From a virus: DNA of 64,000 bases. The DNA lies in the UHGV virus genome UHGV-0084588; one strand, written 5' to 3'. The notes under the pieces were generated by a model, which worked only from the letters and a program-made list of their open reading frames with translations, was not told the origin of the DNA and ran no database searches. Shown here piece by piece: positions 1-10,383 of the stretch. Both the position numbers and the translations under genes were made by a program. Position 1 is the first letter of the stretch. Each line of letters begins with the position of its first letter.

Positions 1-106
1 GTCATGCGTGGCCTGATTACTGTCCCTGGACCACAACCCAGTCGTGGGACTGTGAAGCGTAAAGCTTCGTACAGTAACCTGCCGAGATGGTGGTCGTAGG
101 TATAAT

Positions 107-135
107 AAAAAGGGGTGCACCACCACCCCTTTTCA
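107..135. terminator. hairpin with flanking A-run and T-run (bidirectional terminator candidate)
   Basis: aaaaaGGGGTGcaccaCCACCCCtttt. Confidence 0.4.
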
Positions 136-433
136 TAGCTTTAACTTTTCCAAAGAGAAGTTAAAGCAGCAGAGACTGGCGGAACAGTCTCTGCTGTACG
201 GTGTCAACACATAAAGTTGTTGACGTTTTTACAACATTACGAAAGGTAATGAAAAATGAACGAATATCAAATACAGATGTTCAATACCGCGATGCGAAAT
301 CGTGAAAAACAAATTCAGTTTAACCAACGCATGGACGAATATGTTCGTCTCGGCCTCGTTGCGGCACCGAAAACGGTTAACAACCACAATGTTCAGCAAC
401 CATCTCTAAGGAGATAAGTTACTAACTAATAAA

Positions 434-454
434 GGGGGTGGTGACAACACCCCC
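434..454 (-). terminator. hairpin followed by a T-run on the minus strand, downstream of 559-2121
   Basis: GGGGGTGgtgacaaCACCCCC with aataaa upstream on plus (T-run on minus). Confidence 0.4.
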
Positions 455-558
455 TACTTAGTTCGGTAGTTGTTTTCCGTTCATAATTAATAGCCTTCTG
501 TTTTTTTTGCTTTTCGAGACGCATAAGGGGTTATAGGGGGAGCCGAAGCTCCCCAGAC

Positions 559-2121
559 TCAAAAGAGTTCGTCACCCATGCCGCCGGTAAATACGTTAAT
601 CGACGAGGCTGTTACAGTTTCTTCTTTATCACAATCCCATGGCAAAATGCCAACATCACGGAAAGGTATTACAGTATAATGATAAGCTTCTTTGGTATCA
701 ATAATGGTACGGTGTTTACCGCGTTGTACTTCTAAATAGCTGTGACCGTTGACGACACGTTTGTTAAAATACATCTCACCGTCAGCTTCGTTGTCTAAGC
801 TAGAGCAGTTGTCGTAAAGACCACGACCAGGTAAGTTCTTACAGAAACTCGCTGGGTCGAGTGCTTTTAATTTTTTGCCTTCTGGTGAGATTTGGTGTGG
901 TGCTAACAGGAAACCACGATTACGTACCACTTGGATGTTTCGTGCGATACGATAAATTTCTTTAATGTCGCTACCCGCAATGCCGTTACCGTGCCCTGCT
1001 TTGCTGATAGTACCGAAATAGTCTCCGCGTATTCCAGCTACATGATAACCTCGACGTTTTAAATCTAAAATCAAATCATTTAAATAGTGAATTTTAAAAT
1101 CGGAGTTTGTGTGTTTTTGGAAAATATACTCCCAACCGTTCGCCCGCATTTTACTACAGAGGTAGTCTGACATTTGTGCATTATGTGACGCTTTTTCTTC
1201 GTCAGTTGCGGTTTCTGGCGCAACCATTACCGGGGCTGTACCTTCAAAGTGTCCGTAAAGTGCCTGATACGCGTAAGCCAAGTTAACATCCAATTCGTTT
1301 TCTAAACTTAAATCTAGAATAACCGGTTGTAGATCACCTTTAACATTCGCCATCACCTTTTCTGGGGTGTTGAAAACAGGAATGCTAATAGAGAGCAATA
1401 AACTGAATAATGACTTACAGTTAAAGGGGAGAGCAGGCATCAGCCAGAGTTCTTCGGTGATCCCTTTGTTACAACCGAGCATCTGGTTAATTGCTTTCCA
1501 ACCTGTACGCAACCCGTTCCCTGCCGCTTTCTTACTGATAGAGTCGAAAACGTGTACGAAAGGTGCTTTATTGTCAGTAATCAATTCCCCTACCAGAGAA
1601 GGAATCTTATTATGAGAGCGTTCACTGAACGTGGATAAGGTATCCTTAAGGTCGTTGAGCGCCGTTTGTAAATCAACGCGCGTTTCGGTACCGTTCAGTG
1701 CGCCTAACGTACGACCCAATTTTTGTTTCAGTTGTACGCCTTGAATAGCTTGACGTAACTGAAAGTAGTATTGTGCTACTTGGCGATTAAGATGCTCGAT
1801 GCGTGCTTCTGGTTCTTCTGGAATATCATCTTCCAGGAATTTGGTAATCGTATCGTATAGAGGACGTATTTGCGTAGTGGCCAGTTTCAAACGTTTCATG
1901 ACGTTTGTGTGGTCGTAAGGCATACCGCCGTCTATGATGGATGTGATGATATCCTTGATTTCGACGAGGGCGGCACGTTCGTCACCTTCCTCTGCGTAAT
2001 CAGGAAGCTTAGCCTCTAACAGCACTTTTCTTATGATGTCGTGGTCCTTTTCAGGATCGGTCAGAAGACTTTCAGCGTATAATGTGGCTAAGGCGGTTAT
2101 CAACATCATTTTGTTATTCAT
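559..2121 (-). CDS. hypothetical protein (520 aa)
   Basis: Long uninterrupted ORF; minus-strand hairpin with T-run lies just downstream (434-454). No motif I can assign. Confidence 0.6.
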   Translation of the reverse strand: MNNKMMLITALATLYAESLLTDPEKDHDIIRKVLLEAKLPDYAEEGDERAALVEIKDIITSIIDGGMPYDHTNVMKRLKLATTQIRPLYDTITKFLEDDIPEEPEARIEHLNRQVAQYYFQLRQAIQGVQLKQKLGRTLGALNGTETRVDLQTALNDLKDTLSTFSERSHNKIPSLVGELITDNKAPFVHVFDSISKKAAGNGLRTGWKAINQMLGCNKGITEELWLMPALPFNCKSLFSLLLSISIPVFNTPEKVMANVKGDLQPVILDLSLENELDVNLAYAYQALYGHFEGTAPVMVAPETATDEEKASHNAQMSDYLCSKMRANGWEYIFQKHTNSDFKIHYLNDLILDLKRRGYHVAGIRGDYFGTISKAGHGNGIAGSDIKEIYRIARNIQVVRNRGFLLAPHQISPEGKKLKALDPASFCKNLPGRGLYDNCSSLDNEADGEMYFNKRVVNGHSYLEVQRGKHRTIIDTKEAYHYTVIPFRDVGILPWDCDKEETVTASSINVFTGGMGDELF

Positions 2122-2134
2122 GGAGCATCCTTAA

Positions 2135-2659
2135 ATGCAAATTCGTTTTAGTCCACCGTGGGAAGTTCAACCTAACATAGATAAAGGCGCTGCCGTTAAA
2201 AGTATAGAATTGCTCCAGGCAGGGTTCTTTAACTGGTTATATGACTGTCCGAATGGTTTCAGTTCTATCATCTTACCTGAAGTAAGTCGTTCTGCTATTT
2301 ATAAAGCACTGATGGCTCCGCCTGTGCTTCCAGGTAAATATTATGATCAGGTGTTACGTCTGGTCGAATCAGGCGAAAAGGTTTCCCTTGACGATTTATA
2401 TGGGGAAACAATTCCTTGTCGCGTACGTTGGGTGTTTACTCAACGTGGTGATACGATTGTGGCGTCATTTGCAGAAGCAAAGTCCGGTTCGGGTTTTTCT
2501 TCGGGTGAAGACCACGCTGCGAAAAAGATGTTCTGCGCAGAACTTTTTAAATATATGCGTACCAAGACTCGCGTCGTGGATGACTGCTTCAGTACCTCAA
2601 CGCAGTTTGCCGCTAACGAAGTGCTGACGCAATTATACGCATGTCATTTATCTCATTAA
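2135..2659 (+). CDS. hypothetical protein (174 aa)
   Basis: ORF whose ATG is 13 nt from the divergent start of 559-2121; sits immediately upstream of the capsid gene. Confidence 0.55.
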   Translation: MQIRFSPPWEVQPNIDKGAAVKSIELLQAGFFNWLYDCPNGFSSIILPEVSRSAIYKALMAPPVLPGKYYDQVLRLVESGEKVSLDDLYGETIPCRVRWVFTQRGDTIVASFAEAKSGSGFSSGEDHAAKKMFCAELFKYMRTKTRVVDDCFSTSTQFAANEVLTQLYACHLSH

Positions 2660-2671
2660 GGTATTAAACAA

Positions 2672-4966
2672 ATGAAAGATACCCGAATCTCTAATCTGGA
2701 GAAACTCGTACAAGCTGGTAACTCGCTGGTACAAAGCGTCATTAGTAACAACAGTGCTGGCGAAATGTGGAACACCATCGTTGCTGGTGAATCTGTACGT
2801 AGCAACACGAAAGTTTTTGGTACCCTGCGTGACGACGCTGCACAGCACTACGCAAACGCGTTTGCTGGCGGTAAGAAAATGTCCCACGCTGCGGAAGTTG
2901 CTTCTGCAATGATTCTGGGTGCTGCTGGTCACGGTATGGACCTGCAAGAAAAAGTAGCGCAAGAATACGCTAAACCAGAATTCCATAGCCGTTTTAACCT
3001 GGACGTTGCGATTCCTGGTTCCCAAGCTGGTAACGGCGACTGGGGCAAAGAGCGTATGGTTGTCGCTCAGGAATACTACACCAACAAAGACTACGACAAA
3101 AACCTGGGTCTGACCTGGACGCTGAACGTACGTGCTCTGGAAACTCAGTCTCGTTTCGCTGAGACTCTGTTCCCGACCATTACCGTTGACACCAACGATG
3201 TTGGTATTACCGTACGTACCAAAGTGACCACCGTTTCTCGCGGTGTAATGAACGCACTGCTGAGCAAAGACGTTGTTGAAGATCATCGTCGTCCGCTGCA
3301 CAACGCACTGACCGACCACACCGTTCTCCAGGACGAAGCGATCAACATCGTTCCTTACGTAATGGAAACCGGTGAAAACGCTGAATACTTCGTAAGCGAA
3401 GATCTGGTGCCGAACGAATCTGTTCGCCTGGGCCGTGTACCTCCGTACCCGACTAACTACCTGAGCTTTGCTAAAGACACTCTGAACCTGTTCCAGCTGT
3501 CTGCGCATCCGGGTATCGTTCAGGAAGGTTACGACGAAACTGATGAAATCGCACCGGGTTGTGCTCTGGGCAGCCTGCTGATTTCTGTACGTAAACCGAC
3601 CGAAGAAGCGAAAGCAGGTAAGTTCATCAAACTGCACGTTCGTGACATGCAGTTCGCAACCTTCCAGCGTCCTGCTGAAGGTGATGGCCGTGAGCTGGTA
3701 CTGCAATTCCGTCGTACTGCGTTCTCTCTGAACGCGAAAACTACCGACTGGACTGGTGCGGCTATTCCGGCACTGCAAGCGCTGGGTCAGAACTCTTACA
3801 CCCTGCGTTATGTGATCACCATCAACATGTCTCTGTTCACTACCGGTCAGTTCGGTGGTAAAGTTGACATCGCTGGTCACAAACTGGAAATCGAAGGTCT
3901 GTACGACGCTACCGGTAACAAAGTTGATACCAAATCTGGTACCGGCAAAGTTATCCTGGACGGTCTGAAACTTGAACTGATGGGCTGGCGCTTCGATGGT
4001 ACTCGTACCAACGAAAACCGTCGTACCCAGGGTCTGCTGCTTGACCCAATCTGGGAACAAGAAAACTACAAACTGCAATACGGTTCTCCGATTCTGACCA
4101 AGTCTCCGGTTGGCGTTGAATACGACGACACCGAACGTCTGGACGACCTGATTTCCGCAGTTAACATCCGTAACGAACAGCTGGCTATCACTCAGACGCT
4201 GTCTTACACCGAAGCGGTACGTAACGCTGCTGCAAGCATGATCACTCCGTGGGACAAACCGGCCATTCGTGGTCTGGGCCGTCACTGGGTTGCTCCGTGG
4301 TTCAAAGAGTCTGACTACAACGTTGATGAAGTTGTACAGTCCCTGGATACCAAAGATGCACTGATCAACGCTCGTCAGGGCCTGGTACAGCGTATCGGTA
4401 ATCAGGTAACTCAGGCTATCCAGGAATCTCGCTTCATTCCTGCGCTGCGTCTGTACACCGCCGATCCGGACATTCTGCCGAAAGTTGTTATTGCAACTGA
4501 CGAACCGACTGCATCTATGCTGCTGCTGGTACAGGGCGACCAACGTCTGCTGGGCGATCGCTACGAATACGAAGTGATCACCACCAACGATGACCGCTGG
4601 CGTATCTACAACGCAGCTGACGGTTCCTGGACTCGTCGTCTGCAATGGTTCCTGAAAGTTCCGACTGCGGACGATGGTTCCTACAACGTGCTGAACTGGG
4701 GTAACCACTTCTGGTCTCCGATCATGGTTACTAACATCAACATTCAGCGTAACGGCTCTACCTCTAAAGAGCTGGCCGTACAGCCGCGCAACGCACACAT
4801 CTGCCACTGCCCGATCACTGGTCTGATCTGGGTTAAAGGCATCACCAAACTGGTTGAAGAAAAACTGGCTTACAATGTTTCTGTTGAACAGAACGGTCAG
4901 AAGCAAACCGACGGTGGTGTAGCAGGTAACGTTGCTGGCGATGGCAAAGCTGCTGCTGGTAAGTAA
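2672..4966 (+). CDS. putative major capsid protein (764 aa, jumbo-phage size class)
   Basis: Strongest codon bias in the window (ctg, cgt, ggt, gaa, aaa dominate), SD taagg upstream, strong terminator directly downstream. Size matches phiKZ-type capsid proteins; homology was not verified. Confidence 0.5.
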   Translation: MKDTRISNLEKLVQAGNSLVQSVISNNSAGEMWNTIVAGESVRSNTKVFGTLRDDAAQHYANAFAGGKKMSHAAEVASAMILGAAGHGMDLQEKVAQEYAKPEFHSRFNLDVAIPGSQAGNGDWGKERMVVAQEYYTNKDYDKNLGLTWTLNVRALETQSRFAETLFPTITVDTNDVGITVRTKVTTVSRGVMNALLSKDVVEDHRRPLHNALTDHTVLQDEAINIVPYVMETGENAEYFVSEDLVPNESVRLGRVPPYPTNYLSFAKDTLNLFQLSAHPGIVQEGYDETDEIAPGCALGSLLISVRKPTEEAKAGKFIKLHVRDMQFATFQRPAEGDGRELVLQFRRTAFSLNAKTTDWTGAAIPALQALGQNSYTLRYVITINMSLFTTGQFGGKVDIAGHKLEIEGLYDATGNKVDTKSGTGKVILDGLKLELMGWRFDGTRTNENRRTQGLLLDPIWEQENYKLQYGSPILTKSPVGVEYDDTERLDDLISAVNIRNEQLAITQTLSYTEAVRNAAASMITPWDKPAIRGLGRHWVAPWFKESDYNVDEVVQSLDTKDALINARQGLVQRIGNQVTQAIQESRFIPALRLYTADPDILPKVVIATDEPTASMLLLVQGDQRLLGDRYEYEVITTNDDRWRIYNAADGSWTRRLQWFLKVPTADDGSYNVLNWGNHFWSPIMVTNINIQRNGSTSKELAVQPRNAHICHCPITGLIWVKGITKLVEEKLAYNVSVEQNGQKQTDGGVAGNVAGDGKAAAGK

Positions 4967-4981
4967 TCTTGCTTAAAAAGA

Positions 4982-5022
4982 GTCTAAGCCCTTCGGGGCT
5001 TAGACCTTTTATTTTTTTTTCT
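4982..5022 (+). terminator. rho-independent terminator after the capsid gene
   Basis: GTCTAAGCCC-ttcg-GGGCTTAGAC followed by ccttttattttttttt. Confidence 0.8.
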
Positions 5023-5149
5023 TTCTATTATTTTTTGGATAGATATTATTAAAGGGAGACAGTCAGTTGGTTTTAAAGGAGTATGTATGGAAAAAATACA
5101 GTTTAAACTAAAGATATGTATCATCATTAAAATTTAGCTTGGGTCACCC

Positions 5150-6160
5150 ATGAAACGTCTTGATATTGATGTGGTGCCCAGTATCTCTGAACGCTCGTTG
5201 TATCAAACGTCAGGATTGAGGAAACTTGTTACGTTTGAAAATAACACTGGCGTACCTATTCACGTCACTGAAACCAGTGGCGGTAGCTTTATTTTAAATG
5301 CTTCGAAAAACCCCGCTGATGAGCATGGGGTTATCGTTTACGTAACGTATCAATCGTACGGAAGATGCGCGAATCTCAATGGGTTTGCTGAGCTGATGCC
5401 GGGAAAACATTTTTCTCGCTTTTGCGACCAATTGAAAGAAAAAGGGGAGGTAACGTTAGAGTATGCAGTAAACGATGTTGGCGCGTTGCTGCGAGGAGAT
5501 TTGGTTGTACTAAAGCAATTAGGGTTTGCTTTCTCAACAACACCTATACGCTTAGATAGTAAACCCCCAACTATGCGCCCTGGAGGTGAGCGCACTGAAT
5601 TTACATTGGGTGTTGTTGTTGTGCAGCGCTACGATGAGCCCGACAATTATCGGTGGCTACGTTTCTACGGTACGAAAATGAAAATCGAACCAATAACGTC
5701 ACGCTATTATGATCCGGGTGTTTACATGATAATAGGAGGTGGTACGAGGGTGGAAGGGAGTCGTATGATTCATTTTGAATTCGACGACATTACTTCACCG
5801 TTTAGATTATTTAAGGATGAGGCATCGGCGGACGCGTTTCGATGGCAAGAAGCAGTTCCCGGTCTTTATGAGATTAAGCAGCGTTTAGAGGAGCAGTACA
5901 AAGAAAAATTAGAAAGCTTGGATTCGGCAAAAGACAAGCTAGAATTGGAACACAAGAAACAACTACAGAGTATGGCTTTAGAAAAGGAGCGATTGACTTT
6001 AGCATTCAAACAACAGGAATTGGAAGCGAAGTCGCGGGCTGAGGCGCGTAAAGAATTCTACGAGACGCGTTCTTACATTCGTAAGGACGGCTCAGACCTA
6101 TTTAAATCTGTCCCTGCGTATTTGGCGGCGGGTGTCGCATTTATAGGGATGCTAACGTAA
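5150..6160 (+). CDS. hypothetical protein with C-terminal coiled-coil (336 aa)
   Basis: ORF after the capsid terminator; C-terminal third is E/K/L-rich heptad-like; ends in a hydrophobic segment. Confidence 0.55.
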   Translation: MKRLDIDVVPSISERSLYQTSGLRKLVTFENNTGVPIHVTETSGGSFILNASKNPADEHGVIVYVTYQSYGRCANLNGFAELMPGKHFSRFCDQLKEKGEVTLEYAVNDVGALLRGDLVVLKQLGFAFSTTPIRLDSKPPTMRPGGERTEFTLGVVVVQRYDEPDNYRWLRFYGTKMKIEPITSRYYDPGVYMIIGGGTRVEGSRMIHFEFDDITSPFRLFKDEASADAFRWQEAVPGLYEIKQRLEEQYKEKLESLDSAKDKLELEHKKQLQSMALEKERLTLAFKQQELEAKSRAEARKEFYETRSYIRKDGSDLFKSVPAYLAAGVAFIGMLT

Positions 6161-6170
6161 GGAGCATGGC

Positions 6171-7946
6171 GTGTTTAAAGATGCAATCAAAAAGCTTAAA
6201 GAGAGTGGTAAAATAGTACCCTTTAACCGTGCGATTGCGGAAGGAGTCGGTTATACGCAAGCCAAAGATGGTATTCATGATCGCGTTCATCGAATCTTGA
6301 AACGTGAGCTAGATTACCATCCTGTAGAGAACCCTCGTGTTCCTGAAGGCTTGGCCGTGTTGGGTGTTCGTTTAATGTCGCCGTTCGAAACTTTTATCTA
6401 TAAGTTGTCTCGCTCAGAGAGCAGCAGAATGGATAAGCGTCGCGGGGTGATGTCTATCGCGAATACCGATGCGTATATGGTCATGTCGTCGTTCCGTATT
6501 CCTGGAGACTCAAGACCAATCTCAAGACCGATTAACTTGCCATTCATTCGTCGTGGTGGGTTGATGAACTATTACGGGACAACGTACCACGTTGCACCTG
6601 TTATTCATCAGCCGGGTATCTGTCGTGAGCATGGCGGGGTGTTTGTTAATTTTGACTTTAAACGTAAAGCGTCATTAAAATTCTGTAAGCATCCAGTACG
6701 TATTTTAGTGAATGGGAAGAAAGAAGAGTTGTTCTTGCCCGGAACAAACAATTTGTTTAAAGCCAAAAACGCCACACATCCTGACACGGACGAAAAACCG
6801 TTAATGTACTGGTTATTCGGACGTTATGGATTTAAGGAAGCCATCAAACGTTATACTGGCGTGGATGTGGAGATATATCCTGCATTCAAAGTACCTGAAA
6901 TCGATCTCGATAAAAAAGTAGTAATCGGTTCAGGTGAGCCTAAACATAATCGGTCGATTATGTACGTAGTGACGGTTCCTGCAGAGGCTTTACCGAATCT
7001 CGATAAAGCAGGATGGGATCAAAACGAGCACTTATTACTCGTGGCGATTTCTGCATTCTTTAAAGCAGCGCACTATTATTGCGGAAAGCAAGCGATTAAA
7101 AACGGCAACGTTGTTCCTTTACCGCCGTTGTTTACCGCTATTAACGAACTTGCAATGGAGGACGATGTTCTAAACCTGAATTCCTCCGCAATTTGGCGGG
7201 AGATTTTGGGGAGAAGTATTGTTGGACTTAAACCGTCTGATATTGAACTGGCACACAGCATGACGAAACACTATACGGAGTGTGAACGCTACGTTAACTC
7301 AACATTCCGTGGCGAGTTAATGATGTCAGATCCCGATATCCCAGACGATATGGATATGTTTGATTTCTTCTGGTACGCGACGAAGTTGATGGTGAGAACG
7401 CGCCTCACGAAACAAGGCGATATTCCGTCAATGTATGGAAAACGTCTGACCGTAACAGATTACCTGTTATTAGGTGAGCGTGGCTTTACACCTACCATTG
7501 CTGCGATTCGTTTTCACTTGGGACAAACGGAGAATAGAACACCGGAGTCTTGTGCGAACATGATACGCAGTGCGTTGAATAAAGACATTGTAACCAGCCT
7601 GGTATTGCGCAACATTACCGGTAACGGCGGTGTAAGTTATTTCAACGCTTCTACAGAGTCTATGGTGCTGGGGGTTTCAACCCATGCTATCAGCCAGACA
7701 GAAACAGAATCAAAACGTAGCAGCAAGGGCGGTAAGACGGTTAACCTTAACGACCGGACAAAACATGCCTCTGCATCTCATCTGGAATGTGGTAACGTGT
7801 ATTACATTCCGAAATCATCACCGTTCAAATCGGGCATTCTCAATCCGTATATGAAGACGAATACCCAACTGGTGATGGTGCGTAATCCAAAACTCAACGA
7901 CTTGATCCAAGCAACTGAAGAAGACATTGCGAAGATTGGCCGTTAA
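6171..7946 (+). CDS. hypothetical protein (591 aa)
   Basis: Long ORF, 10 nt after the previous stop, same strand. Confidence 0.65.
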   Translation: MFKDAIKKLKESGKIVPFNRAIAEGVGYTQAKDGIHDRVHRILKRELDYHPVENPRVPEGLAVLGVRLMSPFETFIYKLSRSESSRMDKRRGVMSIANTDAYMVMSSFRIPGDSRPISRPINLPFIRRGGLMNYYGTTYHVAPVIHQPGICREHGGVFVNFDFKRKASLKFCKHPVRILVNGKKEELFLPGTNNLFKAKNATHPDTDEKPLMYWLFGRYGFKEAIKRYTGVDVEIYPAFKVPEIDLDKKVVIGSGEPKHNRSIMYVVTVPAEALPNLDKAGWDQNEHLLLVAISAFFKAAHYYCGKQAIKNGNVVPLPPLFTAINELAMEDDVLNLNSSAIWREILGRSIVGLKPSDIELAHSMTKHYTECERYVNSTFRGELMMSDPDIPDDMDMFDFFWYATKLMVRTRLTKQGDIPSMYGKRLTVTDYLLLGERGFTPTIAAIRFHLGQTENRTPESCANMIRSALNKDIVTSLVLRNITGNGGVSYFNASTESMVLGVSTHAISQTETESKRSSKGGKTVNLNDRTKHASASHLECGNVYYIPKSSPFKSGILNPYMKTNTQLVMVRNPKLNDLIQATEEDIAKIGR

Positions 7947-7985
7947 CGAATTAAATTATAGAAAAGACGTAACAGGAGTATAATA

Positions 7986-9638
7986 ATGGCAACTGTCAAT
8001 AAAGACGTAATTCGTAATCACATCTATAGCACAATCTCTAGTGGCCGCGACGAACTTTTATCATACCTTTGTAATCAAGCACGTGCTGCCGGATTGAATG
8101 ACGACAAATACATGGATAATGCCGTTACCGTCGCCACGTGGTTTGTATACAACCGTCGTCCAGATAACGAAACTGCATCGGCGATTCTGGCAACATTTAA
8201 ATCGACGCTGTATAGTGACTTACTGGGGCGTGGTATGCAGCCATTGGACCCGCGTATTCACAGCCAGCTGGAACAGGAATTCCGTACGGCGAATCAGTAT
8301 GCGGTACAAGCTAAACAGCTTATGGCGCAATCAAACACATTCGGTGGTCCAGCAATGGGCGGGTCGCCGAGCTTAGCGATGCCCGCGTCTGGCTTTCCAG
8401 GCAACGGCTATGGTAGCCCGCAACCAACGCCTGCGGTACAAGGGGGTTCTATCCCAATGTCAACTTACGATCCGCGCACAGCGGCACAGAAGCAAACAGC
8501 GCAACCGCAAGGTAACTTCGGTCAGCCTGCACAACAGCCTGCACAACAACCCGTGCAACAGGCACAGCCACAACCGACTGTTTCGCAGTCTATGGTGGAA
8601 GCTAACAAGCCGCGTGAGCTCGACGAGAAAACCATCGAAGAACTTGTCGAACGTTACAATAAACCTATCATCGACCATTTCCGGGTAGAAATTGTGGAAG
8701 ACTATTTAGATCACGAACTCAGAGAACAGATTAAGAAAAATATTCTTACGCCAAAAGAACTCAACGAACGCATCAAAAATTCACCGTATTCAAGCCACCA
8801 CAATTGGTCTGAAAAGGTTGACGAAATCATCGATAATGAAGACGTCGATTATTGCGTCTATGATGAAGCGGACGTGATGGTGAAAACCGAAAGTGAGTAT
8901 AAATTGTTCCCGATGGTAAGTACGGACTCGAGCAAAACTTACCTTCAAGAATTTTATACTGCCACCCGCCAGGCAATTGATGGTATTGAAGACATTCGCG
9001 ATATTGACGATCCAGAAGAGATGCTGAAGCGTACGATCGATGAGGTGTTCCGCATCCGTAAAATGTCTGAACGCCTACTGCAATATTTCAATACTCAGGC
9101 AGAAGAGCCGGATACACTGAAACAAAGTTGTGTGGAGTTCTGTCAACAGTTTAACGCAACACTCACTGTTTTGGTTCACAACGCGATTGCTGTTGCGACA
9201 AACTACGGTAAAGGTATTCCAGGTACGAAATTTGTGCAATTCGATTGCAACTTAAGCGATCTCGAATATTTCCGTGACACTCTGTTCCCGCGCACTATCG
9301 GTGAAAATGGCGTAACCACGGCTGCGGATTTCTTCCGCGAACTGTGCTTGCTGGTTGCACGTTCTGTTCGTAAGCTGCATTTCCGTCTGAAATCTAACGA
9401 TCGTGCTATTGAAATTTGCCGCGTAACATACACCATTCAACTGCCTGCGGATTATCCGTCTGCGAAAGGACGCAATATCGTAGAGATTTCCTCATTCGGT
9501 AATGCGTTTGAACCTATCGTCGGTATCTATGAAGCAATTAACCAACGCGCACCTGAAGCTATTGTGAAGCTGGCTACGCCGTCGGCATCGTACACGCTGC
9601 TTAGCAATGGTGAAATTACCGCGCCGGTGCGTTACTAA
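7986..9638 (+). CDS. hypothetical protein with Gln/Pro-rich low-complexity linker (550 aa)
   Basis: Long ORF with SD aggag upstream; internal QPQ/AQQP low-complexity stretch. Confidence 0.65.
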   Translation: MATVNKDVIRNHIYSTISSGRDELLSYLCNQARAAGLNDDKYMDNAVTVATWFVYNRRPDNETASAILATFKSTLYSDLLGRGMQPLDPRIHSQLEQEFRTANQYAVQAKQLMAQSNTFGGPAMGGSPSLAMPASGFPGNGYGSPQPTPAVQGGSIPMSTYDPRTAAQKQTAQPQGNFGQPAQQPAQQPVQQAQPQPTVSQSMVEANKPRELDEKTIEELVERYNKPIIDHFRVEIVEDYLDHELREQIKKNILTPKELNERIKNSPYSSHHNWSEKVDEIIDNEDVDYCVYDEADVMVKTESEYKLFPMVSTDSSKTYLQEFYTATRQAIDGIEDIRDIDDPEEMLKRTIDEVFRIRKMSERLLQYFNTQAEEPDTLKQSCVEFCQQFNATLTVLVHNAIAVATNYGKGIPGTKFVQFDCNLSDLEYFRDTLFPRTIGENGVTTAADFFRELCLLVARSVRKLHFRLKSNDRAIEICRVTYTIQLPADYPSAKGRNIVEISSFGNAFEPIVGIYEAINQRAPEAIVKLATPSASYTLLSNGEITAPVRY

Positions 9639-9653
9639 GGGGCTTCGTGCCCC
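9639..9653 (+). terminator. short GC hairpin after 7986-9638 (weak terminator or RNA-stabilising stem)
   Basis: GGGGC-ttcgt-GCCCC, with only a weak T tract after it. Confidence 0.3.
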
Positions 9654-9682
9654 CTAATCTATAGACACCACAGGACAGTATC

Positions 9683-9931
9683 ATGGCAGCCTATGTTGAT
9701 TATAGTAAAACAAAAATTGAGTTAAAGGAGATTGATACCGCCGCTCGTTTAAAACAACAACTTAATCTGGAGTTATACCAACTCCAAGTTCGGATGCACG
9801 AACGCGAACAGCTCATTGAAAAACGCCCAATTTTCATTGACGAGCGCCAAGTGAAACTGATCACTGCGGAACTGGAGGTAATGGCCGCAGAGAAATTGTT
9901 GTTAGAAGAACGCATTGCCGCTATTGTTTAA
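9683..9931 (+). CDS. small coiled-coil protein (82 aa)
   Basis: ORF flanked by hairpins at 9639-9653 and 9943-9975; heptad-like L/E/K-rich sequence. Confidence 0.45.
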   Translation: MAAYVDYSKTKIELKEIDTAARLKQQLNLELYQLQVRMHEREQLIEKRPIFIDERQVKLITAELEVMAAEKLLLEERIAAIV

Positions 9932-9942
9932 TCGCCCCCACA

Positions 9943-9975
9943 GGAGAGCTTCGGCTCTCCTCCTTTATTTTTATT
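9943..9975 (+). terminator. rho-independent terminator
   Basis: GGAGAGC-ttcg-GCTCTCC followed by tcctttatttttatt. Confidence 0.65.
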
Positions 9976-10019
9976 CCCCAATTTATTATAGCCGCCCACT
10001 ATAGTGAGGGAATGAGGAA

Positions 10020-10319
10020 ATGATTAAATATGTTGTTATTAATGTAAACTACGAACGTAGCCCACGTTTTCGCTTCGAATTACCTGAAACCGAAGCAACC
10101 ATGGAGTTTAATCGCTATTTATTAGAACATTCAAACACCAAAATTAATCACGGTAGATACTGGCTTATCTACTATAATGCCCGTAATGAATTACTGAAAG
10201 CCGTCAAGAAATCAGGTCAGTCGGAGCTGTTAGCGAAACTGATGGCGTACGATAACGATCCCTTAGCAATAGGAGTTATGTTAGACCTTGTTATTAAGAA
10301 AGATGAAATAGCGTGGTGA
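10020..10319 (+). CDS. hypothetical protein (99 aa)
   Basis: ORF with SD gaggaa upstream; ends at a bidirectional terminator. Confidence 0.5.
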   Translation: MIKYVVINVNYERSPRFRFELPETEATMEFNRYLLEHSNTKINHGRYWLIYYNARNELLKAVKKSGQSELLAKLMAYDNDPLAIGVMLDLVIKKDEIAW

Positions 10320-10332
10320 AAAAAGAAAAGCT

Positions 10333-10357
10333 ACTCCGACCCCAGAAGGGTCGGAGT
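10333..10357. terminator. bidirectional terminator between convergent genes
   Basis: ACTCCGACCC-caga-aGGGTCGGAGT flanked by an A-run upstream and ttatttttttttt downstream; lies between 10020-10319 (+) and 10384-13101 (-). Confidence 0.65.
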
Positions 10358-10383
10358 AAGCTCGAATTATTTTTTTTTGCTAT

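Noticed and set aside
1367-1615. Short ORFs nested in or antisense to longer genes (for example 1367-1615, 5350-5595, 8098-8688, 9700-9915, 10403-10585, 59532-59717)
   Set aside because: They lie fully inside longer, better-supported ORFs on either strand and lack SD or start context; treated as frame noise.
559-2121. Metallophosphatase assignment for the 520-aa minus-strand protein
   Set aside because: GD..G and GNG-like fragments are present but do not match the canonical GD..DRG / GNHE motif order, so no function was called.
2648-4906. 752-aa ORF on the minus strand opposite the capsid gene
   Set aside because: Antisense shadow of a strongly codon-biased gene; it has no independent start context and a low-complexity translation.
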